From positions 1,426,001 through 1,490,000 of the forward strand of contig OZ024744.1 in the NCBI GenBank assembly GCA_964016885.1: 64,000 nt of DNA, given 5' to 3'. This DNA comes from Eledone cirrhosa. Its lineage: Eukaryota. Shown here piece after piece: positions 1-13,100 of this stretch. Numbering within the stretch: position 1 is the first letter of the stretch; every line of letters starts with the position of its first letter. Both the position numbers and the translations under genes were made by a program. Below the pieces are notes generated by a model that was not told the DNA's origin, ran no database searches, and saw only the letters and a list, made by a program, of their open reading frames with translations.

Positions 1-3000
1 GTCATTCTTCACCAAGCTATCTTTCTCTACCTTGTCTTCCGTCAAAACTTCGTTCTTCACCAAGATATCTTTCTCTACCTTGTCTTCTCCCAAAACTTCG
101 TTCTTCACCAAGCTATCTTTCTCTACCTTGTCTTCCCTCAAACCTTCGTTCTTCACCAAGCTATCTTTCTCTACCTTGTCTTCCCCCAAAACTTCGTTCT
201 TCACCAAGCTATCTTTCTCTACATTGTCTTCCCCAAAACTTCGTTCTTCACCAAGCTATCTTTCTCTACCTTGTCTTCCCCCAAAACTTTCTTGTTCACC
301 AAGCTATATTTCTCTACCTCGTCTTCCCCCAAAACTTCGTTCTTCACCAAGCTATCTTTCTCTACCTTGTCTTCCCCCAAAACTTCGTTCTTCACCAAGC
401 TATCTTTCTCTACCTTGTCTTCCCACAAAACGTCGTTCTTCACCAAGCTATCTTTCTCTACCTTGTCTTCCCACAAAACGTCATTCTTCACCAAGCTATC
501 TTTCTCTACCTTGTCTTCCGTCAAAACTTCGTTCTTCACCAAGATATCTTTCTCTACCTTGTCTTCTCCCAAAACTTCGTTCTTCACCAAGCTATCTTTC
601 TCTACCTTGTCTTCCCTCAAACCTTCGTTCTTCACCAAGCTATCTTTCTCTACCTTGTCTTCCCCCAAAACTTCGTTCTTCACCAAGCTATCTTTCTCTA
701 CATTGTCTTCCCCAAAACTTCGTTCTTCACCAAGCTATCTTTCTCTACCTTGTCTTCCCCCAAAACTTCGTTCTTCACCAAGCTATCTTTCTCTACCTCG
801 TCTTCCCCCAAAACTTCGTTCTTCACCAAGCTATCTTTCTCTACCTTGTCTTCCCCCAAAACTTCGTTCTTCACCAAGCTATCTTTCTCTACCTTGTCTT
901 CCCACAAAACTTCGTTCTTCACCAAGCTATCTTTCTCTACCTTGTCTTCCCACACAACGTCGTTCTTCACCAAGCTATCTTTCTCTACTTTGTCTTCCCT
1001 CAAAACTTCGTTCTTCACCAAGCTATCTTTCTCTACCTTGTCTTCCCCCAAAACTTCGTTCTTCACCAAGCTATCTTTCTCTACCTTGTCTTCCCTCAAA
1101 ACTTCGTTCTTCACCAAGCTATCTTTTTCGACCTTGTCTTCCCCCAAAACTTCGTTATTCACCAAGCTATCTTTCTCTACCTTGTCTTCCCCCAAAACTT
1201 CGTTCTTCACCAAGCTATCTTTCACGACCTTGTCTTCCCCCAAAACTTCGTTCTTCACCAAGCTATCTTTCTCTACCTTGTCTTCCCCCAAAACTTCGTT
1301 CTTCACCAAGCTATCTTTCACGACCTTGTCTTCCCTCAAAACGTCGTTCTTCACCAAGCTATCTTTCTCTACCTTGTCTTCCCCCAAAACTTCGTTCTTC
1401 ACCAAGCTATCTTTCTCTACCTTGTCTTCCCCCAAAACTTCGTTCTTCACCAAGCTATCTTTCTCTACCTCGTCTTCCCTCAAAACTTCGTTCTTCACCA
1501 AGCTATCTTTCTCTACCTTGTCTTCCCCCAAAACTTTGTTCTTCACCAAGCTATCTTTCTCTACCTTGTCTTCCCCCAAAACTTCGTTCTTCACCAAGCT
1601 ATCTTTCTCTACCTTGTCTTCCCCTAAAACTTCGTTCTTCACCAAGCTATCTTTCTCTAGCTTGTCTTCATACAAAACTTCGTTCTTCACCAAGCTATCT
1701 TTCTCTACCTTGTCTTCCCACAAAACGTCATTCTTCACCAAGCTATCTTTCTCTACCTTGTCTTCCGTCAAAACTTCGTTCTTCACCAAGCTATCTTTCT
1801 CTACCTTAACTTCCCTCAAACCTTCGTTCTTCACCAAGCTATCTTTCTCTACCTTGTCTTCCCCCAAAACTTCGTTCTTCACCAAGCTATCTTTCTCTAC
1901 ATTGTCTTCCCCAAAACTTCGTTCTTCACCAAGCTATCTTTCTCTACCTTGTCTTCCCCCAAAACTTCCTTGTTCACCAAGCTATCTTTCTCTACCTCGT
2001 CTTCCCCCAAAACTTCGTTCTTCACCAAGCTATCTTTCTCTACCTTGTCTTCCCCCAAAACTTCGTTCTTCACCAAGCTATCTTTCTCTACCTTGTCTTC
2101 CCACAAAACTTCGTTCTTCACCAAGCTATCTTTCTCTACCTTGTCTTCCCACAAAACGTCGTTCTTCACCAAGCTATCTTTCTCTACTTTGTCTTCCCTC
2201 AAAACTTCGTTCTTCACCAAGCTATCTTTCTCTACCTTGTCTTCCCCCAAAACTTCGTTCTTCACCAAGCTATCTTTCTCTCCCTTGTCTTCCCTCAAAA
2301 CTTCGTTCTTCACCAAGCTATCTTTTTCGACCTTGTCTTCCCCCAAAACTTCGTTATTCACCAAGCTATCTTTCTCTACCTCGTCTTCCCCCAAAACTTC
2401 GTTCTTCACCAAGCTATCTTTCTCTACCTTGTCTTCCCCCAAAACTTCGTTCTTCACCAAGCTATCCTTCACGACCTTGTCTTCCCTCAAAACGTCGTTC
2501 TTCACCAAGCTATCTTTCTCTACCTTGTCTTCCCCCAAAACTTCGTTCTTCACCAAGCTATCTTTCTCTACCTTGTCTTCCCCCAAAACTTTGTTCTTCA
2601 CCAAGCTATCTTTCTCTACCTTGTCTTCCCCCAAAACTTCGTTCTTCACCAAGCTATCTTTCTCTACCTTGTCTTCCCCTAAAACTTCGTTCTTCACCAA
2701 GCTATCTTTCTCTAGATTGTCTTCATACAAAACTTCGTTCTTCACCAAGCTATCTTTCTCTACCTTGTCTTCCCACAAAACGTCATTCTTCACCAAGCTA
2801 TCTTTCTCTACCTTGTCTTCCGTCAAAACTTCGTTCTTCACCAAGCTATCTTTCTTTAACTTGTCTTCCCTCAAAACGTCGTTCTTCACCAAGCTATCTT
2901 TCTCTACCTTGTCTTCCCCCAAAACTTCGTTCTTCACCAAGCTATCTTTCTCTACCTTGTCTTCCCCCAAAACTTCGTTCTTCGCAAGCTATCTTTCTCT

Positions 3001-3199
3001 ACCTTGCCTTCCCCCAAAACTTCGTTCTTCACCAAGCTATCTTTCTCTACCTTGTCTTCTCCCAAAACTTCGTTATTCACCAAGCTATCTTTCTCTACCT
3101 TGTCTTCCCCCAAAACTTCGTTCTTCACCAAGCTATCTTTCTCTACCTTGTCTTCCCCCAAAACTTCGTTCTTCACCAAGCTATCTTTCTCTACCTTGT

Positions 3200-6100
3200 C
3201 TTCCCCCAAAACTTCTTTCTACACCAAGTCATCTTTCTCTACCTTGTCATCCCTCAAAACTTCGTTCTTCACCAATCTATCTTTCTCTGCCTTGTCTTCC
3301 CCCAAAACTTCGTTCTTCACCAAGCTATCTTTCTCTACCTTGTCTTCACACAAAACTTCGTTCTTCACCAAGCTATCTTTCTCTACCTTGTCTTCCCACA
3401 AAACGTCATTCTTCACCAAGCTATCTTTCTCTACCTTGTCTTCCGTCAAAACTTCGTTCTTCACCAAGATATCTTTCTCTACCTTGTCTTCCCCCAAAAC
3501 TTTGTTCTTCACCAAGCTATCTTTCTCTACCTTGTCTTCCCCCAAAACTTCGTTCTTCACCAAGCTATCTTTCTCTACCTTGTCTTCCCCTAAAACTTCG
3601 TTCTTCACCAAGCTATCTTTCTCTAGCTTGTCTTCATACAAAATTTCGTTCTTCACCAAGCTATCTTTCTCTACCTTGTCTTCCCACAAAACGTCATTCT
3701 TCACCAAGCTATCTTTCTCTACCTTGTCTTCCGTCAAAACTTCGTTCTTCACCAAGCTATCTTTCTCTAACTTGTCTTCCCTCAAAACGTCGTTCTTCAC
3801 CAAGCTATCTTTCTCTACCTTGTCTTCCCCCAAAACTTCGTTCTTCACCAAGCTATCTTTCTCTACCTTGTCTTCCCCCAAAACTTCGTTCTTCGCAAGC
3901 TATCTTTCTCTACCTTGCCTTCCCCCAAAACTTCGTTCTTCACCAAGCTATCTTTCTCTACCTTGTCTTCTCCCAAAACTTCGTTATTCACCAAGCTATC
4001 TTTCTCTACCTTGTCTTCCCCCAAAACTTCGTTCTTCACCAAGCTATCTTTCTCTACCTTGTCTTCCCCCAAAACATGGTTCTTCACCAAGCTATCTTTC
4101 TCTACCTTGTCTTCCCCCAAAACTTCTTTCTACACCAAGTCATCTTTCTCTACCTTGTCATCCCTCAAAACTTCGTTCTTCACCAATCTATCTTTCTCTG
4201 CCTTGTCTTCCCCCAAAACTTCGTTCTTCACCAAGCTATCTTTCTCTACCTTGTCTTCACACAAAACTTCGTTCTTCACCAAGCTATCTTTCTCTACCTT
4301 GTCTTCCCTCAGAACTTCGTTCTTCACCAAGCTATCTTTCTCTACCTTGTCTTCCCCCAAAACTTCGTTCTTCACCAAGCTATCTTTCTCTACCTTGTCT
4401 TTCATCAAAACGTCGTTCTTCACCAAGCTCTCTTTCTCTACCTTGTCTTCCCCCAAAACTTCGTTCTTCACCAAGCTATCTTTCTCTACCTTGTCTTCCC
4501 CCAAAACTTCGTTCTTCACCAAGCTATCTTTTTCTACCTTGTCTTCCCTCAAAACATCGTTCTTCACCAAGCTATCTTTCTCTACCTTGTCTTCCCTCAA
4601 AACTTCGTTCTTCACCAAGCTATCTTTCTCTACCTTGTCTTCCCCCAAAACTTCGTTCTTCACCAAGCTATCTTTCTCTACCTTGTCTTCTCCCAAAACT
4701 TCGTTATTCACCAAGCTATCTTTCTCTACCTTGTCTTCCCTCAAAACTTCGTTCTTCACCAAGCTATCTTTCTCTACCTTGTCTTCCCCCAAAACTTCGT
4801 TCTTCACCAAGTCATCTTTCTCTACCTTGTCATCCCTCAAAACTTTGTTCTTCACCAATCTATCTTTCTCTACCTTGTCTTCCCCCAAAACTTCGTTCTT
4901 CACCAAGCTATCTTTCTCTAGCTTGTCTTCACACAAAACTTCGTTCTTCACCAAGATATCTTTCTCTACCTTGTCTTCTCCCAAAACTTCGTTCTTCACC
5001 AAGCTATCTTTCTCTACCTTGCCTTCCCTCAGAACTTCGTTCTTCAACAAGCTATCTTTCTCTACCTTGTCTTCCCCCAAAACTTCGTTCTTCACCAAGC
5101 TATCTTTCTCTACCTTGTCTTCCCCCAAAACTTCGTTCTTCACCAAGCTATCTTTCTCTACCTTGTCTTCCCACAAAACTTCGTTCTTCACCAAGCTATC
5201 TTTCTCTACCTTGTCTTCCCACAAAACGTCGTTCTTCACCAAGCTATCTTTCTCTACCTTGTCTTCCCACAAAACGTCATTCTTCACCAAGCTATCTTTC
5301 TCTACCTTGTCTTCCGTCAAAACTTCGTTCTTCACCAAGATATCTTTCTCTACCTTGTCTTCTCCCAAAACTTCGTTCTTCACCAAGCTATCTTTCTCTA
5401 CCTTGTCTTCCCTCAAACCTTCGTTCTTCACCAAGCTATCTTTCTCTACCTTGTCTTCCCCCAAAACTTCGTTCTTCACCAAGCTATCTTTCTCTACATT
5501 GTCTTCCCCAAAACTTCGTTCTTCACCAAGCTATCTTTCTCTACCTTGTCTTCCACCAAAACTTTCTTGTTCACCAAGCTATCTTTCTCTACCTCGTCTT
5601 CCCCCAAAACTTCGTTCTTCACCAAGCTATCTTTCTCTACCTTGTCTTCCCCCAAAACTTCGTTCTTCACCAAGCTATCTTTCTCTACCTTGTCTTCCCA
5701 CAAAACGTCGTTCTTCACCAAGCTATCTTTCTCTACCTTGTCTTCCGTCAAAACTTCGTTCTTCACCAAGATATCTTTCTCTACCTTGTCTTCTCCCAAA
5801 ACTTCGTTCTTCACCAAGCTATCTTTCTCTACCTTGTCTTCCCTCAAACCTTCGTTCTTCACCAAGCTATCTTTCTCTACCTTGTCTTCCCCCAAAACTT
5901 CGTTCTTCACCAAGCTATCTTTCTCTACATTGTCTTCCCCAAAACTTCGTTCTTCACCAAGCTATCTTTCTCTACCTTGTCTTCCCCCAAAACTTCCTTG
6001 TTCACCAAGCTATCTTTCTCTACCTCGTCTTCCCCCAAAACTTCGTTCTTCACCAAGCTATCTTTCTCTACCTTGTCTTCCCCCAAAACTTCGTTCTTCA

Positions 6101-9100
6101 CCAAGCTATCTTTCTCTACCTTGTCTTCCCACAAAACTTCGTTCTTCACCAAGCTATCTTTCTCTACCTTGTCTTCCCACACAACGTCGTTCTTCACCAA
6201 GCTATCTTTCTCTACTTTGTCTTCCCTCAAAACTTCGTTCTTCACCAAGCTATCTTTCTCTACCTTGTCTTCCCCCAAAACTTCGTTCTTCACCAAGCTA
6301 TCTTTCTCTACCTTGTCTTCCCTCAAAACTTCGTTCTTCACCAAGCTATCTTTTTCGACCTTGTCTTCCCCCAAAACTTCGTTATTCACCAAGCTATCTT
6401 TCTCTACCTTGTCTTCCCCCAAAACTTCGTTCTTCACCAAGCTATCTTTCACGACCTTGTCTTCCCTCAAAACTTCGTTCTTCACCAAGCTATCTTTTTC
6501 GACCTTGTCTTCCCCCAAAACTTCGTTCTTCACCAAGCTATCTTTCTCTACCTTGTCTTCCCCCAAAACTTCGTTCTTCACCAAGCTATCTTTCACGACC
6601 TTGTCTTCCCTCAAAACGTCGTTCTTCACCAAGCTATCTTTCTCTACCTTGTCTTCCCCCAAAACTTCTTTCTACACCAAGTCATCTTTCTCTACCTTGT
6701 CATCCCTCAAAACTTCGTTCTTCACCAATCTATCTTTCTCTGCCTTGCCTTCCCCCAAAACTTCGTTCTTCACCAAGCTATCTTTCTCTACCTTGTCTTC
6801 ACACAAAACTTCGTTCTTCACCAAGCTATCTTTCTCTACCTTGTCTTCCCACAAAACGTCATTCTTCACCAAGCTATCTTTCTCTACCTTGTCTTCCGTC
6901 AAAACTTCGTTCTTCACCAAGATATCTTTCTCTACCTTGTCTTCCCCCAAAACTTTGTTCTTCACCAAGCTATCTTTCTCTACCTTGTCTTCCCCTAAAA
7001 CTTCGTTCTTCACCAAGCTATCTTTCTCTAGCTTGTCTTCATACAAAATTTCGTTCTTCACCAAGCTATCTTTCTCTACCTTGTCTTCCCACAAAACGTC
7101 ATTCTTCACCAAGCTATCTTTCTCTACCTTGTCTTCCGTCAAAACTTCGTTCTTCACCAAGCTATCTTTCTCTAACTTGTCTTCCCTCAAAACGTCGTTC
7201 TTCACCAAGCTATCTTTCTCTACCTTGTCTTCCCCCAAAACTTCGTTCTTCACCAAGCTATCTTTCTCTACCTTGTCTTCCCCCAAAACTTCGTTCTTCG
7301 CAAGCTATCTTTCTCTACCTTGCCTTCCCCCAAAACTTCGTTCTTCACCAAGCTATCTTTCTCTACCTTGTCTTCTCCCAAAACTTCGTTATTCACCAAG
7401 CTATCTTTCTCTACCTTGTCTTCCCCCAAAACTTCGTTCTTCACCAAGCTATCTTTCTCTACCTTGTCTTCCCCCAAAACATGGTTCTTCACCAAGCTAT
7501 CTTTCTCTACCTTGTCTTCCCCCAAAACTTCTTTCTACACCAAGTCATCTTTCTCTACCTTGTCATCCCTTAAAACTTCGTTCTTCACCAATCTATCTTT
7601 CTCTGCCTTGTCTTCCCCCAAAACTTCGTTCTTCACCAAGCTATCTTTCTCTACCTTGTCTTCACACAAAACTTCGTTCTTCACCAAGCTATCTTTCTCT
7701 ACCTTGTCTTCCCTCAGAACTTCGTTCTTCACCAAGCTATCTTTCTCTACCTTGTCTTCCCCCAAAACTTCGTTCTTCACCAAGCTATCTTTCTCTACCT
7801 TGTCTTTCATCAAAACGTCGTTCTTCACCAAGCTCTCTTTCTCTACCTTGTCTTCCCCCAAAACTTCGTTCTTCACCAAGCTATCTTTCTCTACCTTGTC
7901 TTCCCCCAAAACTTCGTTCTTCACCAAGCTATCTTTTTCTACCTTGTCTTCCCTCAAAACATCGTTCTTCACCAAGCTATCTTTCTCTACCTTGTCTTCC
8001 CTCAAAACTTCGTTCTTCACCAAGCTATCTTTCTCTACCTTGTCTTCCCCCAAAACTTCGTTCTTCACCAAGCTATCTTTCTCTACCTTGTCTTCTCCCA
8101 AAACTTCGTTATTCACCAAGCTATCTTTCTCTACCTTGTCTTCCCTCAAAACTTCGTTCTTCACCAAGCTATCTTTCTCTACCTTGTCTTCCCCCAAAAC
8201 TTCGTTCTTCACCAAGTCATCTTTCTCTACCTTGTCATCCCTCAAAACTTTGTTCTTCACCAATCTATCTTTCTCTACCTTGTCTTCCCCCAAAACTTCG
8301 TTCTTCACCAAGCTATCTTTCTCTAGCTTGTCTTCACACAAAACTTCGTTCTTCACCAAGATATCTTTCTCTACCTTGTCTTCTCCCAAAACTTCGTTCT
8401 TCACCAAGCTATCTTTCTCTACCTTGCCTTCCCTCAGAACTTCGTTCTTCAACAAGCTATCTTTCTCTACCTTGTCTTCCCCCAAAACTTCGTTCTTCAC
8501 CAAGCTATCTTTCTCTACCTTGTCTTCCCCCAAAACTTCGTTCTTCACCAAGCTATCTTTCTCTACCTTGTCTTCCCACAAAACTTCGTTCTTCACCAAG
8601 CTATCTTTCTCTACCTTGTCTTCCCACAAAACGTCGTTCTTCACCAAGCTATCTTTCTCTACCTTGTCTTCCCACAAAACGTCATTCTTCACCAAGCTAT
8701 CTTTCTCTACCTTGTCTTCCGTCAAAACTTCGTTCTTCACCAAGATATCTTTCTCTACCTTGTCTTCTCCCAAAACTTCGTTCTTCACCAAGCTATCTTT
8801 CTCTACCTTGTCTTCCCTCAAACCTTCGTTCTTCACCAAGCTATCTTTCTCTACCTTGTCTTCCCCCAAAACTTCGTTCTTCACCAAGCTATCTTTCTCT
8901 ACATTGTCTTCCCCAAAACTTCGTTCTTCACCAAGCTATCTTTCTCTACCTTGTCTTCCCCCAAAACTTTCTTGTTCACCAAGCTATCTTTCTCTACCTC
9001 GTCTTCCCCCAAAACTTCGTTCTTCACCAAGCTATCTTTCTCTACCTTGTCTTCCCCCAAAACTTCGTTCTTCACCAAGCTATCTTTCTCTACCTTGTCT

Positions 9101-10100
9101 TCCCACAAAACGTCGTTCTTCACCAAGCTATCTTTCTCTACCTTGTCTTCCCACAAAACGTCATTCTTCACCAAGCTATCTTTCTCTACCTTGTCTTCCG
9201 TCAAAACTTCGTTCTTCACCAAGATATCTTTCTCTACCTTGTCTTCTCCCAAAACTTCGTTCTTCACCAAGCTATCTTTCTCTACCTTGTCTTCCCTCAA
9301 ACCTTCGTTCTTCACCAAGCTATCTTTCTCTACCTTGTCTTCCCCCAAAACTTCGTTCTTCACCAAGCTATCTTTCTCTACATTGTCTTCCCCAAAACTT
9401 CGTTCTTCACCAAGCTATCTTTCTCTACCTTGTCTTCCCCCAAAACTTCCTTGTTCACCAAGCTATCTTTCTCTACCTCGTCTTCCCCCAAAACTTCGTT
9501 CTTCACCAAGCTATCTTTCTCTACCTTGTCTTCCCCCAAAACTTCGTTCTTCACCAAGCTATCTTTCTCTACCTTGTCTTCCCACAAAACTTCGTTCTTC
9601 ACCAAGCTATCTTTCTCTACCTTGTCTTCCCACACAACGTCGTTCTTCACCAAGCTATCTTTCTCTACTTTGTCTTCCCTCAAAACTTCGTTCTTCACCA
9701 AGCTATCTTTCTCTACCTTGTCTTCCCCCAAAACTTCGTTCTTCACCAAGCTATCTTTCTCTACCTTGTCTTCCCTCAAAACTTCGTTCTTCACCAAGCT
9801 ATCTTTTTCGACCTTGTCTTCCCCCAAAACTTCGTTATTCACCAAGCTATCTTTCTCTACCTTGTCTTCCCCCAAAACTTCGTTCTTCACCAAGCTATCT
9901 TTCACGACCTTGTCTTCCCTCAAAACTTCGTTCTTCACCAAGCTATCTTTTTCGACCTTGTCTTCCCCCAAAACTTCGTTCTTCACCAAGCTATCTTTCT
10001 CTACCTTGTCTTCCCCCAAAACTTCGTTCTTCACCAAGCTATCTTTCACGACCTTGTCTTCCCTCAAAACGTCGTTCTTCACCAAGCTATCTTTCTCTAC
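3200..10100. repeat. Higher-order tandem duplication, ~3,405 bp (71 monomers) x2
   Basis: Private variant AAAACATGGTT at 4071 and 7476, and CATACAAAATTTCG at ~3635 and ~7040. ORF breakpoints are 3863/7268, 4130/7535 and 5494/8899. All offsets are 3405 = 71x48-3, or 3453 at the flanks (one extra monomer). Confidence 0.9.
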
Positions 10101-13100
10101 CTTGTCTTCCCCCAAAACTTCGTTCTTCACCAAGCTATCTTTCTCTACCTTGTCTTCCCCCAAAACTTCGTTCTTCACCAAGCTATCTTTCTCTACCTCG
10201 TCTTCCCTCAAAACTTCGTTCTTCACCAAGCTATCTTTCTCTACCTTGTCTTCCCCCAAAACTTTGTTCTTCACCAAGCTATCTTTCTCTACCTTGTCTT
10301 CCCCCAAAACTTCGTTCTTCACCAAGCTATCTTTCTCTACCTTGTCTTCCCCTAAAACTTCGTTCTTCACCAAGCTATCTTTCTCTAGCTTGTCTTCATA
10401 CAAAACTTCGTTCTTCACCAAGCTATCTTTCTCTACCTTGTCTTCCCACAAAACGTCATTCTTCACCAAGCTATCTTTCTCTACCTTGTCTTCCGTCAAA
10501 ACTTCGTTCTTCACCAAGCTATCTTTCTCTACCTTGTCTTCCCTCAAACCTTCGTTCTTCACCAAGCTATCTTTCTCTACCTTGTCTTCCCCCAAAATTT
10601 CGTTCTTCACCAAGCTATCTTTCTCAACATTGTCTTCCCCAAAACTTCGTTCTTCACCAAGCTATCTTTCTCTACCTTGTCTTCCCCCAAAACTTCCTTG
10701 TTCACCAAGCTATCTTTCTCTACCTCGTCTTCCCCCAAAACTTCGTTCTTCACCAAGCTATCTTTCTCTACCTTGTCTTCCCCCAAAACTTCGTTCTTCA
10801 CCAAGCTATCTTTCTCTACCTTGTCTTCCCACAAAACTTCGTTCTTCACCAAGCTATCTTTCTCTACCTTGTCTTCCCACAAAACGTCGTTCTTCACCAA
10901 GCTATCTTTCTCTACTTTGTCTTCCCTCAAAACTTCGTTCTTCACCAAGCTATCTTTCTCTACCTTGTCTTCCCCCAAAACTTCGTTCTTCACCAAGCTA
11001 TCTTTCTCTCCCTTGTCTTCCCTCAAAACTTCGTTCTTCACCAAGCTATCTTTTTCGACCTTGTCTTCCCCCAAAACTTCGTTATTCACCAAGCTATCTT
11101 TCTCTACCTCGTCTTCCCCCAAAACTTCGTTCTTCACCAAGCTATCTTTCTCTACCTTGTCTTCCCCCAAAACTTCGTTCTTCACCAAGCTATCTTTCAC
11201 GACCTTGTCTTCCCTCAAAACGTCGTTCTTCACCAAGCTATCTTTCTCTACCTTGTCTTCCCCCAAAACTTCGTTCTTCACCAAGCTATCTTTCTCTACC
11301 TTGTCTTCCCCCAAAACTTCGTTCTTCACCAAGCTATCTTTCTCTACCTCGTCTTCCCTCAAAACTTCGTTCTTCACCAAGCTATCTTTCTCTACCTTGT
11401 CTTCCCCCAAAACTTTGTTCTTCACCAAGCTATCTTTCTCTACCTTGTCTTCCCCCAAAACTTCGTTCTTCACCAAGCTATCTTTCTCTACCTTGTCTTC
11501 CCCTAAAACTTCGTTCTTCACCAAGCTATCTTTCTCTAGATTGTCTTCATACAAAACTTCGTTCTTCACCAAGCTATCTTTCTCTACCTTGTCTTCCCAC
11601 AAAACGTCATTCTTCACCAAGCTATCTTTCTCTACCTTGTCTTCCCCCAAAACTTCGTTCTTCACCAAGCTATCTTTCTCTACCTTGTCTTCCCCTAAAA
11701 CCTCGTTCTTCACCAAGCTATCTTTCTCTAGATTGTCTTCATACAAAACTTCGTTCTTCACCAAGCTATCTTTCTCTACCTTGTCTTCCCCCAAAACTTC
11801 GTTCTTCACCAAGCTATCTTTCTCTACCTTGTCTTCCCCCAAAACTTCGTTCTTCACCAAGCTATCTTTCTCTACCTTGTCTTCCCCCAAAACTTCTTTC
11901 TACACCAAGTCATCTTTCTCTACCTTGTCATCCCTCAAAACTTCGTTCTTCACCAATCTATCTTTCTCTGCCTTGTCTTCCCCCAAAACTTCGTTCTTCA
12001 CCAAGCTATCTTTCTCTACCTTGTCTTCACACAAAACTTCGTTCTTCACCAAGCTATCTTTCTCTACCTTGTCTTCCCACAAAACGTCATTCTTCACCAA
12101 GCTATCTTTCTCTACCTTGTCTTCCGTCAAAACTTCGTTCTTCACCAAGATATCTTTCTCTACCTTGTCTTCTCCCAAAACTTCGTTCTTCACCAAGCTA
12201 TCTTTCTCTACCTTGTCTTCCCTCAGAACTTCGTTCTTCACCAAGCTATCTTTCTCCACCTTGTCTTCCCCCAAAACTTCGTTCTTCACCAAGCTATCTT
12301 TCTCTACCTTGTCTTTCATCAAAACGTCGTTCTTCACCAAGCTCTCTTTCTCTACCTTGTCTTCCCCCAAAACTTCGTTCTTCACCAAGCTATCTTTCTC
12401 TACCTTGTCTTCCCCCAAAATTTCGTTCTTCACCAAGCTATCTTTTTCTACCTTGTCTTCCCTCAAAACATCGTTCTTCACCAAGCTATCTTTCTCTACC
12501 TTGTCTTCCCTCAAAACTTCGTTCTTCACCAAGCTATCTTTCTCTACCTTGTCTTCCCCCAAAACTTCGTTCTTCACCAAGCTATCTTTCTCTACATTGT
12601 CTTCTCCCAAAACTTCGTTATTCACCAAGCTATCTTTCTCTACCTTGTCTTCCCTCAAAACTTCGTTCTTCACCAAGCTATCTTTCTCTACCTTGTCTTC
12701 CCCCAAAACTTCGTTCTTCACCAAGTCATCTTTCTCTACCTTGTCATCCCTCAAAACTTTGTTCTTCACCAATCTATCTTTCTCTACCTTATCTTCCCCC
12801 AAAACTTCGTTCTTCACCAAGCTATCTTTCTCTAGCTTGTCTTCACACAAAACTTCGTTCTTCACCAAGATATCTTTCTCTACCTTGTCTTCTCCCAAAA
12901 CTTCGTTCTTCACCAAGCTATCTTTCTCTACCTTGCCTTCCCTCAGAACTTCGTTCTTCAACAAGCTATCTTTCTCTACCTTGTCTTCCCCCAAAACTTC
13001 GTTCTTCACCAAGCTATCTTTCTCTACCTTGTCTTCCCCCAAAACTTCGTTCTTCACCAAGCTATCTTTCTCTACCTTGTCTTCCCACAAAACTTCGTTC

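Noticed and set aside
219-245. Programmed -1 frameshift (minus strand T TTG GGG) restoring the frame at type A monomers
   Set aside because: It fits the X XXY YYZ shape, but efficient sites need Y = A or U. The same heptamer is present in normal monomers, where shifting would hit a stop, and no stimulatory structure is evident.
239-255. CENP-B box (CTTCGTT start)
   Set aside because: Only the TTCG half matches YTTCGTTGGAARCGGGA. The essential A and the CGGG block are absent.
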